A program made the translations under genes and the position numbers. DNA of 64,000 bases from Macrostomum lignano (lineage: Eukaryota). Where the stretch lies: NCBI GenBank assembly GCA_002269645.1, contig NIVC01000905.1, positions 124,001 through 188,000 on the forward strand. Direction: 5' to 3'. The notes beneath the pieces are model-generated. The model was not told the origin of the DNA. It did not search any database and saw only the letters and a program-made list of their open reading frames with translations. Positions 63,745-64,000 of this stretch are shown piece after piece; position 1 is the first letter of the stretch, and each line of letters starts with the position of its first letter.

Positions 63745-64000
63745 AGGCACTGAAGGGGCAGCGGAGGGACTGAAGGGGCAGCGGAGGGACTGAAGGGGCA
63801 GCAGAGGGACTGAAGGGACAGCGGAGGCACTGAAGGGGCAGCGGAGGGACTGAAGGGACAGCGGAGGGACTGAAAGGACAGCGGAGGGACTGAAGGGGCA
63901 GCGGAGGGACTGAAAGGACAGCGGAGGGACTGAAGGGACAGCGGAGGGACTGAAAGGACAGCGGAGGGACTGAAGGGGCAGCGGAGGGACTGAAGGGGCA
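63745..64000. repeat. 20-bp minisatellite (gagggactgaaggggcagcg), E-G intron of R5
   Basis: Tandem repeats to the window end; absent from the 75-nt E-G introns of R1-R3. Confidence 0.93.

Noticed and set aside
5532-64000. CRISPR-like arrays
   Set aside because: All arrays are contiguous tandem units with no unique spacers; no cas genes; eukaryotic context.

Overview
Eukaryotic (metazoan) genomic DNA with GT-AG introns, GC-rich exons and minisatellite-filled introns. The style suggests a free-living flatworm such as Macrostomum, but that is inference. The window is dominated by a cluster of six paralogous multi-exon genes for fibronectin type III (FN3) cell-surface proteins, here called R0-R5. 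R0-R4 lie head-to-tail on the minus strand (1-36 kb) and R5 is inverted on the plus strand (51 kb to past the window end). All are built from one exon kit: A (signal peptide + FN3), B, C, D, F (one FN3 each, splice phase 1-1), E (GC-rich multi-FN3 exon), G (FN3 end + transmembrane helix) and T (49-codon tail with two YxxV/I motifs, no catalytic domain). Each copy uses a different combination: R1 and R2 = A-B-F-E-G-T, R3 = A-B-C-C-D-C-E'-G-T, R4 = A-B-D-C-C-type lectin, R5 = A-B-C-C-D-C-F-E-..., R0 = orphan B-C-C. R1 and R2 carry frameshifts. Also present: an intronless MICOS Mic10 ORF, a decayed tyrosine-recombinase (DIRS/Ngaro-like) retrotransposon, a Copia integrase fragment, hAT-like MITEs carrying a 28S rRNA fragment, a tRNA-derived SINE, many minisatellites, and an about 8 kb CpG-depleted, CTAG-rich domain. 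The best candidate for an undescribed system is the exon-shuffled, tyrosine-motif-tailed FN3/C-type lectin receptor cluster, possibly immune or allorecognition related.
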